Shown here: positions 36,263-44,538 of the stretch, one piece after another
Layout of the letters: each line of letters opens with the position of its first letter
Position numbering within the stretch: position 1 is the first letter of the stretch
Virus record (IMG/VR): IMGVR_UViG_3300036790_000048
Span: 64,001 to 128,000 of that record
Length of the DNA stretch: 64,000 nucleotides
DNA from: a virus
Lineage: Duplodnaviria; Caudoviricetes
Reading direction: 5' to 3' (one strand)
Notes under the pieces: model-generated
The model's database searches: none
Seen by the model: the letters and a program-made list of their open reading frames with translations, nothing else
What the model was told of the DNA's origin: nothing
Program-made: the position numbers and the translations under genes

Positions 36263-36865
36263 CTATCGGCTGTACTCCCGGTACATATCCACTTCCACGC
36301 GCAGCCCAGCCATTTCCGCATGCAGGCGCTTGTTCTCCCGCTCCAGCTCCCCGATGCGCTCCAGCAGGTAACGCACGCTGCGCCGGTTGCGCCGGTGCTC
36401 CTCGGTGGTCACCCACCTGATGTTGCCGGGCTCGTACGGCTCATCGTCCTTGACCCGGCCGAGGACGTGCCCGTCCGGCCGCGGCCCGATCAGGGCCTCC
36501 ACGTCGGTCACGAACGCCTTGGCCGACTCGTACCAGGGGTCGTAGAGGTGCAGCCCGTAGTCCGAGCTGCGCCGGTCCCTGCTACGCCGCCTCAGGCCGA
36601 TCCAGACGGGGTACAGGGGGTGCTTGCGCATGCCGTGAACAGTGGCCGCCACCCGGTGCCCGGCCTCGCGCCTCAGGCACCCGCACGACTTGGTGGACCC
36701 CCGCGTCAGCAGCTCCAGCTGGATCGTCGCCTCAGTGCCGCAGTCGCACCGGCACAGCAGCGTGCGCCTCGACTGCCCGGACCTGACGATGTTGGCCGCC
36801 TCCCGCACCACCACCAGCCGGCCGAACCTCTTGCCAGGCGGAATGTAAGTGCGCGTTCCGGTCAT
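36263..36865 (-). CDS. HNH-type homing-endonuclease-like protein, possibly inactive
   Basis: GKRFGRLVV, CRCDCG, TKSCGC, HGM.KHPLY and YEPGNIRWVT...RNRR, plus a C-terminal coiled coil. Confidence 0.75.
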   Translation of the reverse strand: MTGTRTYIPPGKRFGRLVVVREAANIVRSGQSRRTLLCRCDCGTEATIQLELLTRGSTKSCGCLRREAGHRVAATVHGMRKHPLYPVWIGLRRRSRDRRSSDYGLHLYDPWYESAKAFVTDVEALIGPRPDGHVLGRVKDDEPYEPGNIRWVTTEEHRRNRRSVRYLLERIGELERENKRLHAEMAGLRVEVDMYREYSR

Positions 36866-37184
36866 CGCTCCCTCTGCGCTGGGCCACGAACACGGCGCAC
36901 GCCCGCCAGACGATGATCACCGGCACCAGGCACAGCCCGATGGACCGCGACCACGCGATAGCGCCCGTGCCCGTCTGGACGACTCCCCACTCCAGCTCCA
37001 GCACAGACCCCAGCAGAACCACCGCCATGGCCAGGTCCAGCAGGACGAACGCCCAGCCCCACACGTGCCGCCACCACGGCCAGAACGACGACGTGACCAC
37101 CGGGAACACCAGCGCCGCCCAGAACGCCGCCTGCGCCGCATAAGCGCCGATATTCATCAGCCACTCATACTGCGTCATCGCCAT
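36732..37184 (-). CDS. Putative holin-like 3-TM protein
   Basis: Three TM helices with a PWWRH.WG loop. The 3' end overlaps the HNH-like gene. Confidence 0.6.
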   Translation of the reverse strand: MAMTQYEWLMNIGAYAAQAAFWAALVFPVVTSSFWPWWRHVWGWAFVLLDLAMAVVLLGSVLELEWGVVQTGTGAIAWSRSIGLCLVPVIIVWRACAVFVAQRRGSDDRNAHLHSAWQEVRPAGGGAGGGQHRQVRAVEAHAAVPVRLRH

Positions 37185-37377
37185 CCCCCTCGCCGTCTCG
37201 CTTCCGTATCGTGGCCTCGATAATGCGGCTGACGTGGTTCTCAGCCCGCATGCGCCGCAGCTCGTCCGTCAGTGGCCGGGACTCCTCCAGCAGCTCCCGC
37301 GAGACTTCCGCCTCGCGCTGTGCCTCAGCCACGCGCCTCATCTGATCGCGCCTGCGCCGCCACCACCACCGGATCAC
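37165..37377 (-). CDS. Small lysis-cassette protein
   Basis: W/R-rich start, a coiled coil, and RAENHVSRII. Confidence 0.55.
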   Translation of the reverse strand: MIRWWWRRRRDQMRRVAEAQREAEVSRELLEESRPLTDELRRMRAENHVSRIIEATIRKRDGEGDGDDAV

Positions 37378-37381
37378 GTCA

Positions 37382-37660
37382 TCACCCGCTACCGGAGACG
37401 GTACGCTCGTCGCTGCTGTCATTAGCAGTCTCCTTCGCCACGGTGGACACTGCCCGCATGGCATTCGCCCCGATCGCCGCCCAGCTGAGCAGGTCGTTGT
37501 TGCGCTGTCGCTCCAGCGTCAGCGCATCCTGCAAATGCCCGTTCTCCTTCTCCAGCCGCGCATGCTCGCGGCCCGTGACGAGCAAGCCAGTCAGCAAGAG
37601 GATGATGACGATGCCGGCGACGCCGAAGTTCACCAGCCACTCGATAACCACGGCGTCCAC
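37382..37660 (-). CDS. 1-TM plus coiled-coil protein (lysis cassette)
   Basis: GTG after GGGGAG. Reads FGVAGIVIILLLTGLLV.GREH. Confidence 0.6.
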   Translation of the reverse strand: MDAVVIEWLVNFGVAGIVIILLLTGLLVTGREHARLEKENGHLQDALTLERQRNNDLLSWAAIGANAMRAVSTVAKETANDSSDERTVSGSG

Positions 37661-37674
37661 GGTGCCAGCTCCCC

Positions 37675-38592
37675 CTAACCAGGACCATAGCGTGCCCGCC
37701 TGTAGGCAGCGACTAGAGATCCAGCGCATCCATTGGGCTCAGGAACCGGCGCAGGCGGAACCGGGGTCGGAGTGGGGACAGGAGTCGGAGTTGGAACCGG
37801 CGTCGGCGTGGGAGCCGGTGCGAACGGGTTGGTCCCGGTAACCGCCAGGAACTCCTGCCCCAGCGTTTCCAGGTCAACCCCCTCCGGGTCCCTCCCCGTG
37901 GTCGAGTTCACCCAGTCCTGGCTGATCGGTGCCCAGGCCTCTTCCCCGTACTTGGCCCAGAACGCGTAGGTCATGTGGATGAGCGCGTCCCACGTCCACA
38001 GCAGGAACCCGGCCCCGTCGTAGCCGCAGATGAGCACGCAGTGGCCGCCGTCGATGCCGCCGTCGTCCGCCACCACGTCCCATGGCTGGCCGTTGTTGAA
38101 CTGCGTCACGGCGCTGTTGGGCAGGTTCAGGCCGACGCTCACGCAGCCGAACTCCCACACCGCGGTCTGCATCTGCGCGAGAGCCGTGACAGCGATATCG
38201 CCGTACCCGGCGATCTTCACGCCGTCCATGCCCATGTTCTTCAGGTACGCCAGGCCGTCCGGCACCTGGCAGCCGTTGTCCGTGGGATTCTGGCCAGGCG
38301 GCCCGGCGTTGGGGTTGAACCCGCCGACCACCTCGTACGCGGTGAGGCAGTCGCTGTCAGGGACGACAACCTCAGTGCCCTGGCCAAAATAGGTCTGCTG
38401 CTCGACGATGTTGGCGTCCGCGCCGATCACGCAGTCGCCCCACTCGTCATTCAGGTGCATGCCGATAGTCGGCAGCCCGGTCCCATAGTTGACGGACGCA
38501 GGCGACGCCCCGATGACGAGCGAGGTCATCAGCCGGACCCTCGGCCTGTCAGGTGGCGTGGGGATGAACCCCGGCCGGAACACGATGCTCAT
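37675..38592 (-). CDS. Papain-like (C1-fold) cysteine peptidase with PT repeats
   Basis: NDEWGDCV (Cys), GGHCVLICGYD (His), LWTW, and a PTPVPTPT linker. Confidence 0.7.
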   Translation of the reverse strand: MSIVFRPGFIPTPPDRPRVRLMTSLVIGASPASVNYGTGLPTIGMHLNDEWGDCVIGADANIVEQQTYFGQGTEVVVPDSDCLTAYEVVGGFNPNAGPPGQNPTDNGCQVPDGLAYLKNMGMDGVKIAGYGDIAVTALAQMQTAVWEFGCVSVGLNLPNSAVTQFNNGQPWDVVADDGGIDGGHCVLICGYDGAGFLLWTWDALIHMTYAFWAKYGEEAWAPISQDWVNSTTGRDPEGVDLETLGQEFLAVTGTNPFAPAPTPTPVPTPTPVPTPTPVPPAPVPEPNGCAGSLVAAYRRARYGPG

Positions 38593-38594
38593 GC

Positions 38595-38777
38595 CTATGC
38601 CATCGGTGTCTCCAGCACGCGCAGGCGACGCAGGTCCAGGAGCGCATCCACAAGCTCGCGCCACGTCTGGTCTCTGTGCCCAGCCGAGTACATCCCCGCT
38701 AGCTCACGGTCGATCTCGTCCACCGTGGCAAGCTCTCCGGCCGCGGCGGCCAGCGCGACGATGCCCGATGCGCTCAC
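38595..38777 (-). CDS. 60-aa hypothetical protein
   Basis: The late motif lies 8 nt before the GTG. Confidence 0.5.
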   Translation of the reverse strand: MSASGIVALAAAAGELATVDEIDRELAGMYSAGHRDQTWRELVDALLDLRRLRVLETPMA

Positions 38778-38794
38778 ACCTCTTTAAATCGGTG

Positions 38795-40055
38795 TCAGCT
38801 CTCCAGGGTGATCTCCACGTAGGGCTGATCCGCCTTGACAAACCCATACTCTCCCGCCAGCGCCGGACGCCGGTAGATGTACCAGCCGACCGAAGCGACG
38901 CGCCCAGCGACGTTGGCGTGGACCGGTCCGCCAGTGGCGAACTGCGGGTGCCCCTCTTGCGGCGGATGGAACAGGTAGTCCCCCCGCCGCGGCACCGGTC
39001 CCTCCCAGCCGGGCATGTCCGCCACCAATTCCGCGCCCTGCACGACCCTCATATGGATCTTGCTCATAGCTCTCCCTCATGTTTGGTGGTGGCGCTCTCG
39101 CGCATTCTCCCTGGGCGCTGTTTACCGTGAACTCAGCCACGGCATTGCGACAACCTCCCAGACCTCATCCCCTTGCCCCCGCCCAGGGTGCGATGGTAAC
39201 GCGCCGTCCTCAGCCGATCAGGCTGACCTCGAAGCCGTCCGGCAGCAGCTCGCCGCCAGTCGGGTAGTGCCCGGACTCCAGGCTGGTCCCGTTCAGGTAC
39301 GCCGACTTCAGCGCGTCCCGCACCCCGTCCTCCACGATCAGCGTCTCAGGGCTGCCCGTTGCCGACGTCAGGACGATCGCCTGCGATTCCATCCGCGTCC
39401 GCACGTCCTTACAGTCCACCGGCGTCCACATGTCGTCGCAGGACTGGAACTTCTCCGGGTATGGCGTGACCCGCATCAGCCGCCCGCCAACCTTCACCAG
39501 GAACGACCTGGTAACCAGCGCGTCCATTTACGCCTCCGCCGCGTCGTTGATCTGCTGCACGGTCCATCCGTGCTGCAGGAGGTACATGCGCGCCGACAGA
39601 CGCGCCCTCAGCGCCGCCGGGCTGCCGCCAGACTCCCGCAGCATCGCCACCGCGTCGATCTCGATGGCCTGCAGCAGCCCGTCCTTGAGCGGCTTGCCGT
39701 CCGGGCCTACCCGCTTGCCCCAAGCCACCTCAGGCCACCCTCTCCACCGCGTCGGCCGGGAACTCGAAGTAGGAGTCGCCGTTGACCGTGGTCAACGCCA
39801 CGCCGCCGTCCCAGTCGATGCTCCCGTAGGTGCATCCGTCGAACTCCTCAAGCAGCTCGCCTGGCTCCCACGCGCAGTTGGAGAAGTTGTGCGGCTCGTC
39901 CGCCGCCACAGGCCGGGTGACCCGGTACAGAGTGGTCATCAGGACACCCCCACGAGAGCCATCCACAGCACCATGCCCACGAGCACTACCAGGGCTATGG
40001 CCCCGAGCGCCCAGTCGCTCCCGTACTTGACGCTCCCAGCGGTGGTGGTGACCAT
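38795..40055 (-). other. Small accessory ORFs downstream of element 6 (39939..40055 1-TM, 39730..39939, 39528..39728, 39210..39527, 38795..39067)
   Basis: Tightly coupled short ORFs with SD sequences. Confidence 0.6.
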
Positions 40056-40089
40056 TCTGAGCCTCCTAGCCGGGCCGCCCCCGCGGCCC

Positions 40090-40128
40090 TTGCACTAGGT
40101 ATAACCGTTGACGGTCGTCAGTTATTCC
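40090..40128 (-). promoter_or_regulatory. Repeat element copy 6
   Basis: Minus strand GGAAT-aactgacgaccgtcaacg(18)-GTT-atacctagtgcaagg. Confidence 0.8.
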
Positions 40129-40369
40129 GATCGCTGAAGTTGCGCGGCGGGCGCTCAGCCAGCCGGACCTGGGGAGGGTGGTTGCCGTCCCGCGGCACCA
40201 CTTCTTCCACCGTTAGCTCTGGCACCTCATCCAGCATCGCCATGGCCGTGTACGCGAGGTCGCGCAGGTCCTCAGTGTCCAGCAGCGACACGATCATCCC
40301 GTGCGCGTCCGTGGCCGCGTAGACGTCGGGGGCCACCTTGTGCAGTTCGACCGGCCGGGAGGCTCTCAT
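40118..40369 (-). CDS. Hypothetical protein
   Basis: ATGA coupling. The stop lies inside element 6. Confidence 0.55.
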   Translation of the reverse strand: MRASRPVELHKVAPDVYAATDAHGMIVSLLDTEDLRDLAYTAMAMLDEVPELTVEEVVPRDGNHPPQVRLAERPPRNFSDRNN

Positions 40370-40773
40370 GCCGCTGCCTCTTCACTGACGATCTGCCCGT
40401 CGTCCACCTCGGTGGTGACCTCGCCCTCCACCATCACCTTGTCGAACAGCAGCTGCATGGTCCGCCAGTCCCCGGCGAACCGCACCCGCCGCCCGTCCTC
40501 CGTGACGCCAGTGGTCGTGTAGGTCGTCGCGAACGCCTCTTGCCGCTCCAGGTCGTCGCGCCGCACCGTGATAGCCGCCATGATCCCCACCTTTCGCTCT
40601 AGCTCCAGTACAGTCGCCACCCTAGCCGGTGCCTTGACGATCGTCAACTCTTTACGGCACTCGCTGTCCACCCACTGGTTCACCCCGTCCGCCTTGTCCC
40701 TGCACTTCTGGCAGGCCTGGCAGCGGCAGCGCAGGATGCCGCAGCACCCGATGAACCCGTGCCCTGGCATCAT
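40366..40773 (-). CDS. Cys-rich hypothetical protein
   Basis: CCGILRCRCQACQKC. ATGA overlap. Confidence 0.5.
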   Translation of the reverse strand: MMPGHGFIGCCGILRCRCQACQKCRDKADGVNQWVDSECRKELTIVKAPARVATVLELERKVGIMAAITVRRDDLERQEAFATTYTTTGVTEDGRRVRFAGDWRTMQLLFDKVMVEGEVTTEVDDGQIVSEEAAA

Positions 40774-41378
40774 TCCGCCCCCCACAGATCGTCCCCGAAA
40801 AATGACGGTAGCTCGTGCGGCGCTGGCGGCCTCGGCGGGCCGACCTGCGCCATCAGGCTCTGGAAGTCCCAGCGCCGCTTGAGGTACTCCAGCGCCAGGA
40901 GCCGGTTGGCGAACAGCTCCGGGAACTCCATGACGCCCTCTGGGAACGCCCGCCAGCACCGCGTGTCGCGAGCGCTCATCTTGTCCGTGACGTGCCGCCG
41001 GACCTCGCCTATCAAGATCCTGGTGCGGTACCGGCCGCCAGGCGGCACGCGCCGAAGATAGACCAGGTGGTGATCCCGAGTGAGCCGCACGCAGTCGATC
41101 TCAGGCGGGTTATATTCCGCGTGCACCGGCAGCCCTCCTAATCCCACCACCAGGGTCTCAACTAGCGTCCCGGCAATGTCATACCGGTGCAGCACCCGCC
41201 TGACGCGCCTGCCCTGCCGCCGCTCCAGATCGTGGCGGCAGTGATAGCAGCTGAACTCGATCAGGTTGTCCGGGTGAACGTAGACCGGCCGCTCGCCGCG
41301 CTGGATCATGCGCGCGAACAGGTGCCGCGGACCCACCGGGCACCGTAGCTCCACCTCGTGCTCAACCGCAGCCGCCAT
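40770..41378 (-). CDS. Zinc-ribbon-containing protein, possibly two fused genes
   Basis: ELRCP...IEFSCYHC. There is an internal SD plus GTG near VHAEY, and the late motif sits 7 nt upstream. Confidence 0.55.
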   Translation of the reverse strand: MAAAVEHEVELRCPVGPRHLFARMIQRGERPVYVHPDNLIEFSCYHCRHDLERRQGRRVRRVLHRYDIAGTLVETLVVGLGGLPVHAEYNPPEIDCVRLTRDHHLVYLRRVPPGGRYRTRILIGEVRRHVTDKMSARDTRCWRAFPEGVMEFPELFANRLLALEYLKRRWDFQSLMAQVGPPRPPAPHELPSFFGDDLWGAE

Positions 41379-41397
41379 ACCCTCTATATCGAGGGCA

Positions 41398-41742
41398 TCA
41401 GGGGCTCTCCTCGGGCCGGTGGACCATATAGTCGTCCCGGCTCACCGCAGTGCCAGCCGGGCCGCCGTAGATCCCCACCAGACGGAACCGCCAGTTGATG
41501 TTGGCCCCAATGTCCGGCATGCGCTCCGGAGGCACCGCATCCTCCAGCTGGGCGCTCTCGCTGCCGTAGCTGACCATCTGCCGCACCCCGAGGTCCGGGC
41601 TGCTCAGATCGGCGTTCTCGTAGATCGCCACGCCGTCCCCGCGCGCCAGCCACCTGGCCACCGTGCCCATCACCGACTCCGCCGTGACCCCGTACCCCTC
41701 GGCCACGTACGTGTCGAACTGCTCCCGCGTGAATACCTGCAC
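41398..41742 (-). CDS. Hypothetical phage protein
   Basis: RGDGVAIYENADL...SYGS...PDIG, with good codon bias. Confidence 0.65.
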   Translation of the reverse strand: MQVFTREQFDTYVAEGYGVTAESVMGTVARWLARGDGVAIYENADLSSPDLGVRQMVSYGSESAQLEDAVPPERMPDIGANINWRFRLVGIYGGPAGTAVSRDDYMVHRPEESP

Positions 41743-41759
41743 TTCCCCACCCCCAATTG

Positions 41760-41786
41760 AAAAGGGAGGGCCTCTCGGCCCTCCCT
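41760..41786 (-). terminator. Intrinsic terminator
   Basis: AGGGAGGGCC-gaga-GGCCCTCCCT followed by TTT. Confidence 0.8.
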
Positions 41787-41799
41787 GGTTGCTACTCGG

Positions 41800-43098
41800 T
41801 CAGGCTGCCTTAACCAGCAGCAGCTTCTCGTGGACCCGAGTCTTGAGCTTGTCGTCAGTGCCCTCCAGCAGCGCCGTGACTCGCGCCGCCGCCAGCTTGT
41901 CGCCCTTGACCCGCTTGGGTGCCGAGTGGTCGAGGTAGTCGGTGAAGACCCGCTCGGCCGAGTAGGCGGTCTTGCCGGTCTGCGCGGCCTGGTTGCCCCA
42001 CATGTCCACCAGCGTGCCGTGCCGCTCGTCCCAGTTCTTCCGCTTCCGGTCGGACTCCTCAGCGCCGGGCTTGGCGTAGATGTCCGCCGCCAGGGCCTCG
42101 AAAGCCTTCAGCTCCATGTCGATCCGGGCCAGCTGCTCCTGCTCGGACTTGAACTCCCCGAAGTACTTGACGCTCAGGCCGAGGGTCCGGCGCGCTTCCT
42201 TCAGATTGTCGTCCGACATGGCGTTGGTGGTGTGCCGGACCGACCACTTGGCCACCGCGTCGCGGAAGTTGAAGCGCTCGGTGTTGCCGCACGCGACCCT
42301 CCACGGGCTGACGGTGACGCTGTTGCTGGTCGTGCCGTCGTGGCTGCCCAGGAAGTACAGTTTGGGCTCGATGATGTCCTCCACGCCGTCGCCCAGATCA
42401 AGGACGACGTCATCCGGGAGCCGCATGCCGATGAAGACGTGGCTGCCGCCGTAGGTCGCGCCCGCGGACAGGAACCGAATGTCGTACTTGACCACCAGGT
42501 CCTGCAGGAACGCGCCTAGCTGGCGGTTCTGGATGGCCTGGTAAACCCGGCCGACCGCCTGGCCGTTCTTGGTCAGCGCCGCGCCGGTGTCGCTGCGCGA
42601 GGTGATGAACGTGCCGGGCACCTCTTCCACCCTGCCGGTGACCGGGTTGGTGTAGAGCGCCGGGGTCTGGATTGCCTCCCAGGCGATCCCGCCGAGCCGC
42701 AGCACCTCATCCAGGTCGGTGACGCCCTCGGGGACGACGTTGCCCAGGCCGTGCCACTCGTTGACCATGGTGTAGAGCGCGGCCTTGCCGGTGGACTCGT
42801 CCAGGTTCGACACCGGCATCGCCAGCGGCTGCTCCTGCTCAAGCCCGCGCGGCCGCTGCATGCGCAGGACCTCGCCGTTGTCCCACGAGTCCGGGTCGGT
42901 CACCGTGAAAGTGCCGTCGCCGTTGTCGCGGACCTTGCCGTCGTCAACGCGCTGCTGGAACGCCGCCCGGTACTGGTCGGCCGCCTCGCGCGCCCGCTCG
43001 GCCCTGGCCGGGATGCCGTCGTTGTAGTTGCGGATGGCCTGGAGCTGCTCTGCGCGCTCCGCGGCGAAGGCCTCGTTGCGATCCATGACTGCTGCCAT
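41800..43098 (-). CDS. DUF932-family (phage/plasmid-like) protein
   Basis: WHGLG, GSHDGTT, RVACGNT and SVRHT motifs. Confidence 0.8.
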   Translation of the reverse strand: MAAVMDRNEAFAAERAEQLQAIRNYNDGIPARAERAREAADQYRAAFQQRVDDGKVRDNGDGTFTVTDPDSWDNGEVLRMQRPRGLEQEQPLAMPVSNLDESTGKAALYTMVNEWHGLGNVVPEGVTDLDEVLRLGGIAWEAIQTPALYTNPVTGRVEEVPGTFITSRSDTGAALTKNGQAVGRVYQAIQNRQLGAFLQDLVVKYDIRFLSAGATYGGSHVFIGMRLPDDVVLDLGDGVEDIIEPKLYFLGSHDGTTSNSVTVSPWRVACGNTERFNFRDAVAKWSVRHTTNAMSDDNLKEARRTLGLSVKYFGEFKSEQEQLARIDMELKAFEALAADIYAKPGAEESDRKRKNWDERHGTLVDMWGNQAAQTGKTAYSAERVFTDYLDHSAPKRVKGDKLAAARVTALLEGTDDKLKTRVHEKLLLVKAA

Positions 43099-43140
43099 CT
43101 GTGATCCCCACCTCTCGTCCCCCGGTCCCTCCGGAGGGCC

Positions 43141-43210
43141 TTGCACTTACTATAACCATTGACGGTCGTGAAATCATCCCCAGCTGGGAAGTTTTTTCTT
43201 CAGCTGGCTA
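43141..43210 (-). promoter_or_regulatory. Repeat element copy 7 (degenerate, with CCAGCTG duplicated)
   Basis: Minus strand TAG-CCAGCTG-aagaaaaaacttc-CCAGCTGG-GGATG-atttcacgaccgtcaatg(18)-GTT-atagtaagtgcaagg. Confidence 0.7.
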
Positions 43211-43360
43211 CGACCTCGACCAGATGGTCCTGCCGTCCGCCGTCACCAGCAGCGACCGCCGGTTGAACAGTTTCGCCACGACCTCGCCCGCGTCGTCATA
43301 GATCGTGTCGTAGTCCATGCCCATGTTCCGGGCGATGTCCATGATCTCGGCGTCTGTCAT
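43208..43360 (-). CDS. 50-aa protein forming a single-gene unit between elements 8 and 7
   Basis: GAGGGGG SD. Reads MTDAEIMDIARNMGMDYDTIYDDAGEVV. Confidence 0.6.
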   Translation of the reverse strand: MTDAEIMDIARNMGMDYDTIYDDAGEVVAKLFNRRSLLVTADGRTIWSRS

Positions 43361-43379
43361 CTGCGCCCCCTCAGCGTCT

Positions 43380-43425
43380 CACTGAGTGCAACGCTTGACA
43401 GTCGTCACTTATTCCCAGCTGGCTA
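43380..43425 (-). promoter_or_regulatory. Repeat element copy 8
   Basis: Minus strand TAG-CCAGCTG-GGAAT-aagtgacgactgtcaagc(18)-GTT-gcac. Confidence 0.75.
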
Positions 43426-44538
43426 GCCCTGCCTGCACTGCTGGGCCTTGACCCACAGCTCCTCGCCCTTGCCGGGCACGTTGTCCCGCACCCGGTCGAA
43501 GAAGTTCGACATGACCACGGACCAATCGCACATCTTGGGGATGACCTGCGCCCCCAGCTCCGCCTTGCGCTTGACCTCTTCCCGGTGCGTGTACGCGTGC
43601 CACATGAAGTCTTTCATGGTCTGCACGCTGACCTTGGCGTCATGCGCCTGATCCGGGTGGGCCGCCTCGGTCGGCGTCAGCTCGTAGTCGAGGGGATACG
43701 CGTACTCGCTGTTGATCCACTGGGTGTGCCCGCCCCAGTTGGTGGCCGCGACCGCGCCGCCAGTGGTCATCATCTCCAGCGCAGGCAGGTTCTTGCCCTC
43801 GCCGCGGCTGGGAGCCACCAGGACGTGCGCCGCATGGTAGAACTCCTCCAGCACCTCCCGCTCCCACATCTCGTGCCACACCTTCATGCCAGGGATGAGG
43901 CTGCCGAAGACCACCAGCGGGTCACCGATCGTGGTGTGCAGGCCGAGCCGCGCGCCGTCGAACTCGGGCTTATCGTGCTTCAGCTCGTTGAACGCCTGGA
44001 TGGTCACGTACGGCGCTTTCCGGTTGTGCAGCTGCCCGTGCATGATGAACATGAACCGGTCCCCAAACCAGTCCCGGCCGCCGAAGTACTTGTACGACGA
44101 CGACTCGTAGCCGCCCTGCAGCACGGCCCAGGCCTGCTTTTTGGGGCCGTACTTGCGCCACGCGTCAACCGCCACCTGGTCGTACATCAGCACCAGGTCA
44201 AAATCGTTCATGCGCTGGGCGAAGGTGCTGGGCCGCCGGGCCAGCGGCCTCGCGTCGCTGAACTCCCACATGCTCCACGCCACGCAGATGTCCGAGCACG
44301 AGACAGCGACCTTGGAGATGCTCAGGTTGTCCGGGTCCGAGTGCGTGATGACGAGATCGAACGGCGCGGTCAGGTGCTTGGTCAGCAGCAGCGCCACGTC
44401 CTCGGGCAGCGGCGGCGACACGTACGTGGGCTCCACGTAGACGTCCGCCCCCCACTTGACCAGCGCCCGCGCGATGCCCACCCCGTCCCGGCCGTAGCCG
44501 CTGTACGCGTTAAGCGGACCCCTCAGCAGAACCTTCAC
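43423..44538 (-). CDS. GT4-like (GT-B) glycosyltransferase
   Basis: SGYGRDG, RK, and PSRGEGKNLPALEMMTTG (the EX7E motif). GTG start at 44538. Confidence 0.85.
   Translation of the reverse strand: MKVLLRGPLNAYSGYGRDGVGIARALVKWGADVYVEPTYVSPPLPEDVALLLTKHLTAPFDLVITHSDPDNLSISKVAVSCSDICVAWSMWEFSDARPLARRPSTFAQRMNDFDLVLMYDQVAVDAWRKYGPKKQAWAVLQGGYESSSYKYFGGRDWFGDRFMFIMHGQLHNRKAPYVTIQAFNELKHDKPEFDGARLGLHTTIGDPLVVFGSLIPGMKVWHEMWEREVLEEFYHAAHVLVAPSRGEGKNLPALEMMTTGGAVAATNWGGHTQWINSEYAYPLDYELTPTEAAHPDQAHDAKVSVQTMKDFMWHAYTHREEVKRKAELGAQVIPKMCDWSVVMSNFFDRVRDNVPGKGEELWVKAQQCRQG

Noticed and set aside
856-43425. Repeats as integron attC sites
   Set aside because: No integron integrase is in the window, there is no long attC-type palindrome with RYYYAAC/GTTRRRY ends, and the promoter consensus explains the conserved bases.
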